Of a stretch of DNA of 64,000 nt, positions 49,617-60,279 are shown one piece after another. The notes beneath the pieces were generated by a model. It made no database searches. It was not told the origin of the DNA and was given only the letters and a program-made list of their open reading frames with translations. The position numbers and the translations under genes are program-made. Numbering within the stretch: position 1 is the stretch's first letter; each line of letters starts with the position of its first letter. The stretch spans positions 279,030 to 343,029 of the forward strand of contig NW_015166451.1 in assembly GCF_001447785.1 (NCBI RefSeq). Direction: 5' to 3'. The stretch comes from Gekko japonicus (taxonomy: Eukaryota).

Positions 49617-51179
49617 CTACTCTTCACAGTCTGTCACCAGAGTCCACACTTGCCGTACAACCTCCGCAAACTCCCTCATTGCCTCAGCATGAAGGTTGGG
49701 GTCTTGTGCCAAGTGCTTAAAAAGATTGACAGGTACAGCAGTGCGAAGAGCCTTGGGCATAGGTATCTGAATGGGCAGGGAGACATTTCCAATCAGGAAG
49801 TGCTTAAGACCTTTCTCCTGCAGGGCAGTATGCATGAATAAGAGGATGTCCTGCAGCCTTTGCACAATATCTTCACGGGCCCAGTCTGAGAGGGGCCGAA
49901 AGAGCAGGAGATGCATCAGACAAGTCTTGTAATGGTAGTCAGTGAGCACAGGGTTCTTCCCATCTGATGGGTTGGACTCTTTGAGGTAGAGGATGATCTG
50001 TAAACATTTCAGGTGGCAGCTCTCCTCTGGGACTTGCTGGTTTACCCTTTTGAAAAAGAGCAGCTCCTGGATTGCAAAGGTCCTCTGCCAAACTGTACCA
50101 GCTGAACGGTCCATCTCAGCACCCTGGGTGGCCAGGAAAACTAAGCTGTCTCCTTGCTGGACTCCAAGTATGATGTCAACAGAGATTGTCTTTCCAGATC
50201 TAAATGCCAGGTTCAGCTTGCATGCAGTGTTGGAAGGCTTGGGCAGGAGATCAAGATTGTACTTATAACTTATATTTTTCCAGGCCTTCCTCACAAGACT
50301 CTGGAACCAGTGGATGGTTTTATCCACATCTAAGTGGGAGCTGGTACACAAAACATCCATGAGGAAGGCACCTTGCTTGTCTTCACTCAGCGTTTGCTCA
50401 GGATGATGAAGGAAGCATACCACATCTCCTCTTTCTCTCTTGCACACACACTCCATCTCCACCAAGATGTGTCCATGTTTGCTTGAGGTGCCTTCAGAAG
50501 CACTTGTTTCCAAATGGAAATAGTGTCCCTTGGGTGGCACTACCGGCACCAGTACACTGAATGCCTTGGTCTTTTCTTCTTCTTCTTCTTGTATGTGCCA
50601 TCCTTCAAAGGCACTGTCCACCCCAATACAGTTCACCAACAGAGGAAGGGTGTTCTGATAGGGAAGGTAATTCCGGCAGGCCTCCAGCAAGTCATTCACA
50701 AAGGACTCCACAAAATCGCACATATGGGTTAGGTCACTGGTGTCCACATCTGTGAGGCAGTCACAGAAAGCCTCTAGTACTTTTTGCTTGTTGCCACATG
50801 TTTCACTTTCCATGTCAGTATCCTCCTCCTCCTCTCTGTTGGTACTACTGAAGGTATCAGTGTTAGAATCATCACTGGGTTCCTCTTCCAAGGAGTATAT
50901 GTAGCACATCAAGAACAGAAGGCTCACATAGTGCCACACATCCCAGGTTTCATCATCCATAGGTTGATCAGTTGTAATCCAGTCTTTTGGAGTCTTCAGC
51001 GGCTCCAAGGTCCAGCCTTTCTGGTCAAACTCTGTCCGCAAGAGCTCCATTTCCTGTTTCATTCGCTCCTCATGGTCCTGGAGCCGGTTCAGCGTGGTCA
51101 AGTCTGTATGGTCACTGACGATCAAAGGGTGGTGGACCAGAGTTAGCACAGACAGGAAGATGAAAGGACCCCAAAACAT
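49617..51179 (-). CDS. ITPRIP/ITPRIPL1-like protein (signal peptide, coiled coil, TM, acidic linker, Mab-21/cGAS-like domain), single coding exon, 520 aa
   Basis: Uninterrupted ORF from ATG at 51179. Family motifs: CIGVDSAFEGW, VLVPVVPPKGHYFHLE, MECVC..CFLHHPE, LCTSSHLDVDKTIHWFQ, SCHLKCLQI, YHYKTCLMHLL, LKHFLIGN..P..I..P.....PVNLF. The exact paralog cannot be assigned. Confidence 0.9.
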   Translation of the reverse strand: MFWGPFIFLSVLTLVHHPLIVSDHTDLTTLNRLQDHEERMKQEMELLRTEFDQKGWTLEPLKTPKDWITTDQPMDDETWDVWHYVSLLFLMCYIYSLEEEPSDDSNTDTFSSTNREEEEDTDMESETCGNKQKVLEAFCDCLTDVDTSDLTHMCDFVESFVNDLLEACRNYLPYQNTLPLLVNCIGVDSAFEGWHIQEEEEEKTKAFSVLVPVVPPKGHYFHLETSASEGTSSKHGHILVEMECVCKRERGDVVCFLHHPEQTLSEDKQGAFLMDVLCTSSHLDVDKTIHWFQSLVRKAWKNISYKYNLDLLPKPSNTACKLNLAFRSGKTISVDIILGVQQGDSLVFLATQGAEMDRSAGTVWQRTFAIQELLFFKRVNQQVPEESCHLKCLQIILYLKESNPSDGKNPVLTDYHYKTCLMHLLLFRPLSDWAREDIVQRLQDILLFMHTALQEKGLKHFLIGNVSLPIQIPMPKALRTAVPVNLFKHLAQDPNLHAEAMREFAEVVRQVWTLVTDCEE

Positions 51180-51707
51180 CCTGACTTGCACCGGTTTCTA
51201 GAGAAAAACACTAAAGGAAACTATTCAAGCTGAAGTCCAAGGAAGACAATAGGCAAGGCTGTACTGCTGAAAGAAATTAAAATTCTTCACTCAGGATCAT
51301 GCCATCTGTATGAATAATATGGAACCTTATTTGATTAATTTTGTTCTAAGTCTGATAGTTGCAAGAAGGCATTCCACAGGGAGCCGAAACCCCACTCCCA
51401 GCTTCAGTCAGTTTTCAGCTTTTAATTTCAACAGGCAATGCCACTTCCTTTAATAAGGAAGTAACTCTTCCTTATTAAAAACCTGAGCCTCTCCAAGCCG
51501 TTCTGGCTTCTTTAAACCTTGCTGGCTGCTACTGACTGCAACTTCAGCCTCTCCCATTATTACCTGGTCGTCTGTGAAGTCACATCTGTCCTGAAGTCAT
51601 AGCTGTGGGTTGTCTGTGTATTTTTAAATTTAACAGGCATTGCTACATATTTTAACTCTTATCTTAGACATATCGTGGAGACAGAAAGGGGGTGTACAAA
51701 CCAACTG

Positions 51708-52026
51708 GGAGGAGGAGGAGAGATTGGATTTATACCCCGCCCTTCACTACCCAAGGGAGTCTCAGAGCGGCTTACAAACTCCTTTCCCTTCCCCTCCCGA
51801 CAACAGACACCCTGTGAAGTAGGTGGGGCTGAGAGAGCTCTGACAGAAACTGCTCTTTTTCAAGAACAGCTGTGCCAGAACTACGGCTTGCCCAAGGTCA
51901 TCCAGCAGGTGCAAGTGGAGGAGTGGGGAATCAAACCCAGTTCTCCCAGATTAGAGTCTGCACACTTAACCACTACACCAAACAGTGGTTTGCACTGTGT
52001 CTGCTCACTTAACCACTACACCAAAC
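51708..52026 (-). mobile_element. Squam3-like SINE with duplicated head segment
   Basis: Full-length match; cacttaaccactacaccaaaca is present twice. Confidence 0.85.
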
Positions 52027-52714
52027 AAATCCTAAACAGAGTTAAACCCTTCTACGTGCATTGAAGGCACTGGTTTTAGGAGGGTGTAATTGTTTAGAAC
52101 TGTATTGTAAATAACTTTACAACTATAGAAGCTAGAAATTTACGGTGTGTGTGAGAGATGAAGCTGAAATGTCTAATCCAGGGGTGTCGAACTCATTTGT
52201 TATAAGGGCCAGATCTTACATAAATAGGACTCTTTAAAACTGTTTTTTCCTGCTGCCATCTGGAAGCAAATTTCACATTTAAATTACTCTCTATGTAAAG
52301 TAGTCTCTCCTTTTGTCTGTCCTGAACCTACTGCCCACCAGTTTCATTGGATGCCCATGAGTGCTGGTATTTTGGGAGAGGGAGAAAAATTTCTCTTTGT
52401 CAACTCTCTCCGCCCCTTGCATAATTTTATAAATTTCTATCATGTTTCCTCTTATTTGTCTCTAACCTGTTCCAGGCTGCAGAGAAAACAAAAAAGGAGC
52501 TCAAGTCTCTCTTGTTGCTTCTCTAAATAATAACGGTCTTCCATCAACTCGCAACTGACTTGTGACGAACCCAGGACCATGGGGTTTTCAAGGCAAAAGA
52601 TGAGCAGAAGTGGTTTCCCACTACCTTCCTCTCCGCCCATGTGAAACTAACTTGCTCCATCCCTAAAGTTCTCTGTGTGTGCAAAAGAAGGGCAGGGGGA
52701 GGGTCAGTGGTGAG

Positions 52715-52991
52715 AGAAGAGATTGGATGTATACCCCGCCCTTCACTACCCAAAGGAGTCTCAGAGCGGCTTACAATCTCTTTTCCCTCCCCCTCCCCAC
52801 CACAGACACCCTGTGAGGTAGCTGGGGCTGAGAGAGCTCTTTCAAGAACTGCTCGTGAGAGACCCACTCTGAAGGAACTTGCAGATCACCCAAGATCACA
52901 CCAGCAGCTGCATGTGGAGGAGTGGGGAAATCAAACTCGGTTCTCCCAGATTAGAGCCCACGCTCCTAACCACAACACAAAACTGGCTCTC
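52715..52991 (-). mobile_element. Squam3-like SINE
   Basis: Full-length match to the other copies. Confidence 0.85.
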
Positions 52992-53537
52992 CAAAAATGG
53001 GTAAAACTTGAACAACAATGGCTAAAACTTGAACTTCTGAGTAGAGGAAGTGTCAGGTGGCAGATAAAGCACAGCCTGGACCATTCAGAAATTGTTTCAC
53101 AGAAGAGGTCGCCTTGAAGGAAGAGAAAGCAGCTTGACGAAGATGAAAAAATTCTTCAAGCATAGCATGGCAAACAGCGCTGAGACTTGAGTGGGAGGAG
53201 ATGGAGGGGTGACAGTAGATGAGTTTGTGCAGAAAACAGCAGGACTGAAAGGCAGTAGATTAGGGAAGAGGTTGGCATGCAGAGAAACTGAGAAGTGTGA
53301 AAAGTCATCGCATGGAAAGGCTCTCAGTGGCCTGGATGTGGGAGACAAAGGATAGGAAAGAATCAGATGTGGCTCCAGAGTTACATGGCTGCCCTTGCGA
53401 TGGTGACAAATGAGAATAATGAGTTCAGGCGCTCTTCTTTCAGTACCTTGAACTGGATACGCTTACAGGAAAATTCAGGTGAAAGTCTGGCAAGTCTATT
53501 CAAGAAGTACAGGGTGAAGGGAAGGATTAGCACTTAC

Positions 53538-53598
53538 TGCTGTTGGATCCTTTCTATGAAGCTGAGTTGCTGTAACTTGCGTGAAACCACCAGGATAT
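53538..53598 (-). CDS. MRPL13: MRPL13 exon 4
   Basis: (G)YPGGFTQVTATQLHRKDPTA; tgtag| and |gtaagt; 61 nt; ends in phase 0. Confidence 0.97.
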
Positions 53599-54594
53599 CT
53601 ACAATACAAAAGATATAAATAAGCAAATTTAAAAAGCCTGCATCTTGAAAAATAAAAACCTGTGTATGAACCAATGCTGGCTTCTATATGGATCAAGTGC
53701 TTCACAGGAAGGACAGGTCTAACAACAGCAGAATTTATGTTTAAAGGCCAATGAGATACCGTAGTGGTCATATGGCCATGAATGTAAACGGTGGCTGAGT
53801 GAGAAGGCAAGTGCGTGCACCAACTCTCCTTCCCTGCTCACAACTTCATCTCTCCTTCCCTTCACCCTCTTCCTTCTCCATCCCCTCTCTTTGCTTACGC
53901 CCCAATCTTGTCCCACCCCAAGCTTCGTTTCCCTTGGCTTTCCCTTTCTTCACATTTCCCCTGTTAGGCTGTCTGTTTTGCTGTGAATCAGAAAAGGAAT
54001 ATGAAACACATTAATCACTCTTTGTTTTTCTGATATATCACAAATTAAGGAGCAATTAAGGAATCCATGTACCCTTTAATGTCATTTCACATCATGTCCT
54101 CTGAACACCAGAATCAAAGTTCAGGGTGTCATTTGAGTATACACGTAAAAAGGAGGGACCAGAAATGACTGGTGGGACACAGGTGCCATGCAAAAATCAG
54201 GTCTGCTGCCTGACACGTAAAAAAAATATATTGTAATTCCCCTGACCACCACTATAGTCTTATAGTCCCAAGGTATGGATAGAAGGTGCATAATACATTA
54301 TCCTTGCTGAAGCTAAGCATATATGGGACTAATCTGTACCTGAATGGATGATTTCTTAGGAACCTATGTACACTGTTTTAGATTCCGTGACAGAAAAAAG
54401 GTGGAAAGTTAACACTAAGTAGATGAATAGATGTAGATGACACTCTGCTTTCTGGGGCCTAGCCTGGAAAAATGTGATGCCATGATGTACTTAGGATGGA
54501 TGAGAAGGAGGAACTCTGTGTTCTATAGGGGAAGTCTGCTGGTAAGGATGCTTGATTAAGGGTGGGGGCATATAAATGTTAGGAACCTGGAGCC

Positions 54595-55560
54595 CAGGGG
54601 TCTTTTGGGGCCGGAGTGCACCGGAGCACCGCTCCGGGAGCCCAGGCGCCGGAACAAATGGCGGTGGCAACAAGCCCCGCCCCCAGCTCCCCACGCTGCG
54701 GCCCCCTGCCACTTCCCCGGGCCAGTGCTGGAGCGCTGCGGCTTGTGGGAGGCCAGAAGAGGGCCCCCCACTGCCTCCCTGGGCCAGCGCCGGAGCGCAG
54801 AGGCCCCCCCGCCGCCTTCCAGGGCCAGCGCCGGAGTGCTGCGGCCAATGGGAGGGCAGAAGAGGGCCCCCCCCACCGCCTCCCCGAGCCAGCGCCAGAG
54901 CGCTGCGGCCTGTGGGAGGGCAGAAGAGGCCCCCCCACCGCCTCCCAGTGCCAGTGCCGGAGTGCTACGGCCCGTGGGAGGGCAGAAGAGGCCCCCCGCT
55001 GCCTCCCCAGGCCAGCGCCGGAGCGCTGCAGCCCTGGGAGGGCAGAAGAGGCCCCCCACGCCGCCTCCCGGGGTAAGTGAGGGATCCGTGGGGGGTCGGA
55101 GAACCTCCCCCCATCTCTTTGCCCTCTTTCTTTCCCTCCTTTTCTTTCTCTTTCCCNNNNNNNNNNNNNNNNNNNNNNNNNNNNCCTTCTTCCCTTCTCG
55201 CTCTTTATTTCCCTCCTTCTTTCCTTTTCTTTCTTTTCCTCTTTCCTTCTCTTTAACTCCTTCGTTCCTTCTCTCTACACTCTCTCTCTTTCCTTCCCTC
55301 TTTCCTCCTTCTACGGCCCAACTCTAGTGAGAAGGGGTTTAAACTTCTCTCTTCGCTTCCCCCCCCCCCCGCTGGCTGGGGAAAGGAAGGGGAGGCTTTT
55401 GAATATGCCTCCCCCCCTTTTCCTTCCCCTTCTGACATCACTTCCGGTGATGTCAGGGGCCGTTGCATATGCTAATGAGTTATGCTAATAGCCTAGTAGC
55501 TCATTAGCATACCATATGTTAATGAGCTCCTCCAACTCTTTTTCTAGGAAAAGACCCCTG
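54595..55560. mobile_element. Young hAT-type non-autonomous element with an internal GC-rich minisatellite
   Basis: Perfect 12-bp TIR caggggtctttt and perfect 8-bp TSD ctggagcc (54587-54594, 55561-55568). Confidence 0.9.
54718..55072. repeat. ~60-bp GC-rich minisatellite, about 6 units
   Basis: Unit approximately gccagcgccggagcgctgcggcctgtgggagggcagaagaggcccccccaccgcctcccc. Confidence 0.9.
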
Positions 55561-56212
55561 CTGGAGCCATTCCCACAACTGCCAGCTCAAGCTTAGTTAT
55601 GGATGTATGGAGACTACATTATAAACTGAGAATGCAATCACCTGGACATTTAGTGCATTTCCAGCAAATCCTATGCAGAGTTAATTCTATGCAGGGTTTA
55701 GACTGGAATGAAATTAATCTGCAGTTTTCAGAGGAATCTAAAACTGAGGCTGTAACACAGAATGTACGACTGAATGGGGACAGCAAAAGTATGGAAACAT
55801 TTTCTAGCTCCTTTTCTGTTTCATCCATCAGTCAAAGCCAACAACAAGTGAATGTTTACAGCTTTTCTGTTTTTCAAGGATACAATGAATAATTTCTTTA
55901 TCCCATCCTCAAAGTTGTGTATGTTTGTTTTCTAAATAGGACATTATTTCTCACTTTAGGTCCCAGTCAGTGATGACTTGCAAGTATTACAGCAGTATTT
56001 AAGTACTGTGCAATTAAAAAAGAAAAAAAAAGAAAAATTAATTTCAAGCAAGTATGCAATCTTTTAAAAGAAAAAGCTAGTTAAGGAAAACTCAGCGCAG
56101 GCTGAAACTAGATAATTGTGTTAGACATAGAAGGGCAGGGGGTTTCCAACTAGGTCTGTAGGGTTCCAGCCTGGGTGTAGCTTATTTCTACACTGCCATG
56201 TAGAACTATGGT

Positions 56213-56900
56213 TGTCACATGAGCTGGATGACCCCTCGTCACTGTCGCTGGTCCCCTGCTGCTCCGACCTATAAGCCACCACAACCTGTCACCCGGGAAG
56301 TGGAAGAGGGGAACCATAGAGACCTCAGACAGTCGGGAGGGGAGGAGGTTACGTCACCACCCTTCATCATACACCCTTGGCATATTCAGGCTGCTCCTTC
56401 TCTCTCTCCCGCCCTTAGTGCCGCCAGTGCCGTTTCATCCTTCTCGGCCTCTGTTCCTGTTCCCCTTTTTATTCCTGCTCCGTGATACCTGCTCTGCCCG
56501 AAGTTCCACCATCCACCCACCACTTTGGCCCCGCCCTCCCTTCTTAGGCTAGGGCGCTGAGCTGGGGGCGCGGTCTCCTTCCGGTTCCCTCTCTCCAGCC
56601 CCAGCAGCTGTGCTCTCCTCACATCTCTCTCCCTTCAGCCAGCTTGGGGCTGAGGGCGTGACCTCGCGCCGGGCCAGCCCCCCGTTCCAGGACATCTCCT
56701 TCTGAAGCCGGGTCTCCACCACTGGGAGTCCGGCCCGGGCGCCTCGGAGGCATCTCCTTGGGTCCTGGGGACGACGGCGTTGGTGCGGCTGGTCGGCTCC
56801 AGGCCTCGGTAAGTGCTGCTGAGGTCGGGGCTGGGGTGGTTGGCAGTTCCCGAGTCCCGAGCGGCAGAGGCCAGCCCTGGGGAGGTTCGCCCTCGGGACA
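56213..56900 (-). mobile_element. CpG-rich solo LTR (Gypsy-like)
   Basis: tgtc...gaca ends; 5-bp TSD atggt (56208-56212, 56901-56905). The minus strand has a GC box followed by aataaaaaggg. Confidence 0.8.
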
Positions 56901-58820
56901 ATGGTATGATATGGTTATGGACCATGGCTTCCACTGGGCAGTGCTTCAATAGCACAGGGATGATTCTGCATAGAAACATGATTTGCTTTGGGAGGGGAAA
57001 AGAGTAAATGGTTAAACCTTTGATTCAGGTGGGTTGCCGTGTTGGTCTGAAGCAACAGAACAAAGTTTGAGTCCAGTGGCACCTCTAAGACCAACAAAGT
57101 TGAATTCTGAATATAAGCTTCTGACACTCCTATCTTCTTTAAAAGTACACAGCTTCCTTTTCAAACAGTTCAGTCCTACACAGTTACACAGAGTTACACA
57201 GTTTCTAAGACCACTGACTTCAGTGGACTTAGAAGGGTGTAACTGTGCTTATTGCTTACTGTAGGTGACTTTGAAAAGAAATTCAATACAAATTATAAGC
57301 TACCGCATTGGGCATTGGATGGATCCAAAAATAATAAAAATATGGTCAAGTGAGCAATCAAATACTGGACAATTTTTGTAAAGCATTAACTTTGTTAGAA
57401 CAATAAAGATATCTGTATGGAGAACTGTAGCATAAATACTTAAATAAAAAAGTCAAACATAAAATACTTTATACAGGTTTGATACTTCTGCTCCTTATAA
57501 AAGCAGCTTAGTTAACTGTTATTGTGGATCAAACTTTTAAAAAGCGTATTGACAGCTTTTAATAAGGTTAGTTCCTGTATGGAGATGCTGGCAAGTTATA
57601 TTAGTCAGTGACGTGGGACAGAAAATTTTCTGATGCTGCATTTTTCCATGGACAATTTTCTGCCTCACGTATGAAAATACAGTCTTTTTATCTATCAGAG
57701 TTGCTATGTTGCAAATTATTCTATGGAAAATTTGACAGTCAGTCGTAGGGAACCAGAATCGATTGCTCATATTTTGCTTCGATGTGGATTTTATGTCAAA
57801 ATACGGGATGTCTTAATTAGCCCTATTTTGCATAACAGACATAGCCTCCCAGATGTGAGACTTGTTTCCCTTCTCTTATTGGATCAGTGTTCCCATATTA
57901 TCCATTCAGTAGTGAGGTTTCTTCTGATTGCTATGAGGATCGGGGAATATAAGATTAAAGTTCTGGAGAGATGACTGATTTTGATTGTACTCTGTATATT
58001 TAAACACTGGTTTTGTTTGATTTTAATCTATGCCAATAAAGGTACTGAATGACAAAGGTGGAACATTTCCTGGCCCGCATATGTACATATAGCCAGTTTA
58101 TCTATGTCAACATTACTGTGCTGCAAATCAATCATGTCAGATATGCTATGTGCAGCATATGAAATATGGACAAATCCCAGTGACATTATTTAAATTCATC
58201 ACCGAAATTATTTAAATTTGAATTGGAAAATTTTCTTATTCGAATCCCCCCCCCAAACCCGACGTCACTGACAGCAGGTGGTGAGTAGAAGCTTTGCTAA
58301 CTTGCTAGATTTGTCCCCAACAGCTCCCTCACACTTCTGTATGGAGCACAGGTCCATCAGTGGTTATTAGCCACAAGGTATAGATAGGAACTCTCAGTCT
58401 GGGGCAAGTGATGCTCTGTATTCTTGGTGCTTGGGGGGGGGGAGTAACAGTGGGAGGGCTTCTAGTGTCCTGGCCCCACTGCTGGATCTCCTGATGGCAT
58501 CTGGTATTTTTGTCCACTGTGTGACAGAGTGTTGGACTGGATGGGCCACTGGCCTGATCCAACATTGGCTTCTCTGATGTTCTTATGTTAATGAATAACT
58601 CTACAAATAAATAATAAAGGAAAGCACAGGGGCACTCTTGACTTCCAGAAATATTTGACCACAATCAAATAACAGGTAATCAGCTGACAATATTTTGGCC
58701 ATTTGTTTGACAGACATGCAATCCTTTGTATGCCTCAGTGAGCTGTTTACCGTATTCGAATATTTGGCCAAAATACCAATTTGTTCAATATCTGTATTCC
58801 TAAAACTCTGAAACGCTTAC

Positions 58821-58914
58821 CCAGTATGTGACGAGTACACCTTCTGTTCCCATTTATTGCCAGAAAAAGCAATATGCCTTGTATTTATTACGACAGCATG
58901 ATCTCCAAGGTCAC
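58821..58914 (-). CDS. MRPL13: MRPL13 exon 3
   Basis: (S)[31 protein letters not shown]; 94 nt; ag/gt boundaries. Confidence 0.97.
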
Positions 58915-59117
58915 CTAATTTAAAAAACAAAAAAGGTCTTGGTTAATAAGATCACCTGTAACCTAAGAACTCTAATTATGCAGAACAACATTGTTAATGG
59001 TTCTCAGCATGAAATGATTCATACAAAATACCAGAAACATAAGTACTGTGCCGCAATGTCACACAAGCACTACAGTCCAGTTGGAGAGCACATTGCGAAC
59101 ACATAAGACCCACTTAC

Positions 59118-59241
59118 TTAGTGCGTGGTACACAGGCTTATGCTTCCCTTGAAGTATGATCTTGCACATTTCTGCAATTTTTCCAGGTGGCTGCATCTTT
59201 GCATCCAAGAGATACCAGGTTCGAGCAAATGTGGCCCATTG
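59118..59241 (-). CDS. MRPL13: MRPL13 exon 2
   Basis: [41 protein letters not shown]; 124 nt; ag/gt boundaries. Confidence 0.97.
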
Positions 59242-59381
59242 CTGAGAAAGAATCGGAGAGCCGTTAATGCAGTGAAACAGATATACTGTAACAAAATGGC
59301 CTAAATCCCATCATATTTTGCCTGATGCTTTGAAAATTACGAATTTAAGAGGTTTTTTTAAAAAATAACCTTGCTCACAAG

Positions 59382-59591
59382 CAATGTTCCCTCTAAGCCG
59401 TGGAGTCTTGTGAGCAAAAATTCTACTTTGTGAGCTACTGGCATTAAAGTTGTGAGCAAGCGATTTGGCTGCTACATAACTTAGTTTCCTCTACAGCCAT
59501 CCTTCCTGAGCTGAGACAAAAAAACATGTGTGAGCTGGAGGCTAAAAAATGGTGAGCTAGCTCACACTAACTCAGCTTAGAGGGAACACTG
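59382..59591 (-). mobile_element. hAT-type MITE (CAGTGTTCCC family)
   Basis: TIRs plus a perfect TSD ctcacaag (59374-59381, 59592-59599). Confidence 0.9.
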
Positions 59592-59744
59592 CTCACAAGA
59601 TCTAAGTCACAAGATGTGCAACAGAGCTGCTGCATTAAAGTACAATATAGGGGCCTACACAGCAACTTAATGACTGAAGATCTTTTGACTTCGCAAAGGC
59701 GTAGAAAAGGGGAAAAGCAACAAAATTATCACCTTTAAGACAAG

Positions 59745-59875
59745 CAAAGTTTTATTTCAGGTATGAGCTTTCATATTCATGCACACTTCGTCAGGTGTCA
59801 TCGTCTGAAGAAGTGTGCCTGCACAGGAAACCTCACACCTTGAATATAAAACTTTGTTGGTCTGAAAGGTGCCAT
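59745..59875. mobile_element. Penelope-like inverted remnant with hammerhead-like cores
   Basis: Inverted repeat carrying CTGANGA...GAAA on both strands. Confidence 0.55.
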
Positions 59876-60127
59876 CGGGCTCTAACACACATATAATAGT
59901 GAGAGATAAAATGCACAGAAAACAGATACCAACGCCGAAATTTAAATCGGGGGCATTAAAAAATAAAATAAAAATAAAGCTCTGTTCGCTCGGTATCGAA
60001 GTGCCATCGGGCTCTAACACACATATGTGAGAGATAAAATGTACCGAACACAGATACCAACGCCGAAATTTAGATCGGGGGCATTAAAAAAAAAATTAAA
60101 AATAAAGCTCTGTTCGCTCGGTATCGA
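59869..60127. repeat. Tandem duplication (~132-bp period) in MRPL13 intron 1
   Basis: gtgccatcgggctctaacacacatat.. starts at 59869 and again at 60001. Confidence 0.92.
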
Positions 60128-60252
60128 GCCCACTGAAGGCAACGGGGCCTACTCCCGAGTAAACATCACGGGATTGCAGCCGGGGGGGGCCCAGCAATTT
60201 CCGAGGCGAGTCCCCGAGGCGAAGAGCGGAGGGGGAGAGGAGGCGCCCTTAC

Positions 60253-60279
60253 CTGCGCGGCCTTACTGTAGCTCGACAT
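60253..60279 (-). CDS. MRPL13: MRPL13 exon 1 (MSSYSKAAQ)
   Basis: gccATG context; 27 nt; donor CAG|gtaagg (phase 0). Confidence 0.95.

Noticed and set aside
51180-51191. GTG start at 51191 given in the ORF track
   Set aside because: This is a eukaryotic locus; the first ATG is at 51179. The upstream codons matter only if the exon is spliced in frame.
54718-55072. CRISPR-like array
   Set aside because: Contiguous tandem units with no unique spacers, in a vertebrate context.
54491-55327. Several long overlapping ORFs (up to 240 aa)
   Set aside because: They arise from the stop-poor GC-rich minisatellite inside a transposon.
46792-56900. Two LTRs flanking the ITPRIPL1-like gene as a single gene-capturing retroelement
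   Set aside because: Each LTR has its own distinct TSD (gatcc vs atggt), they are in opposite orientation and dissimilar in sequence, and MRPL13 exon 4 lies between them.
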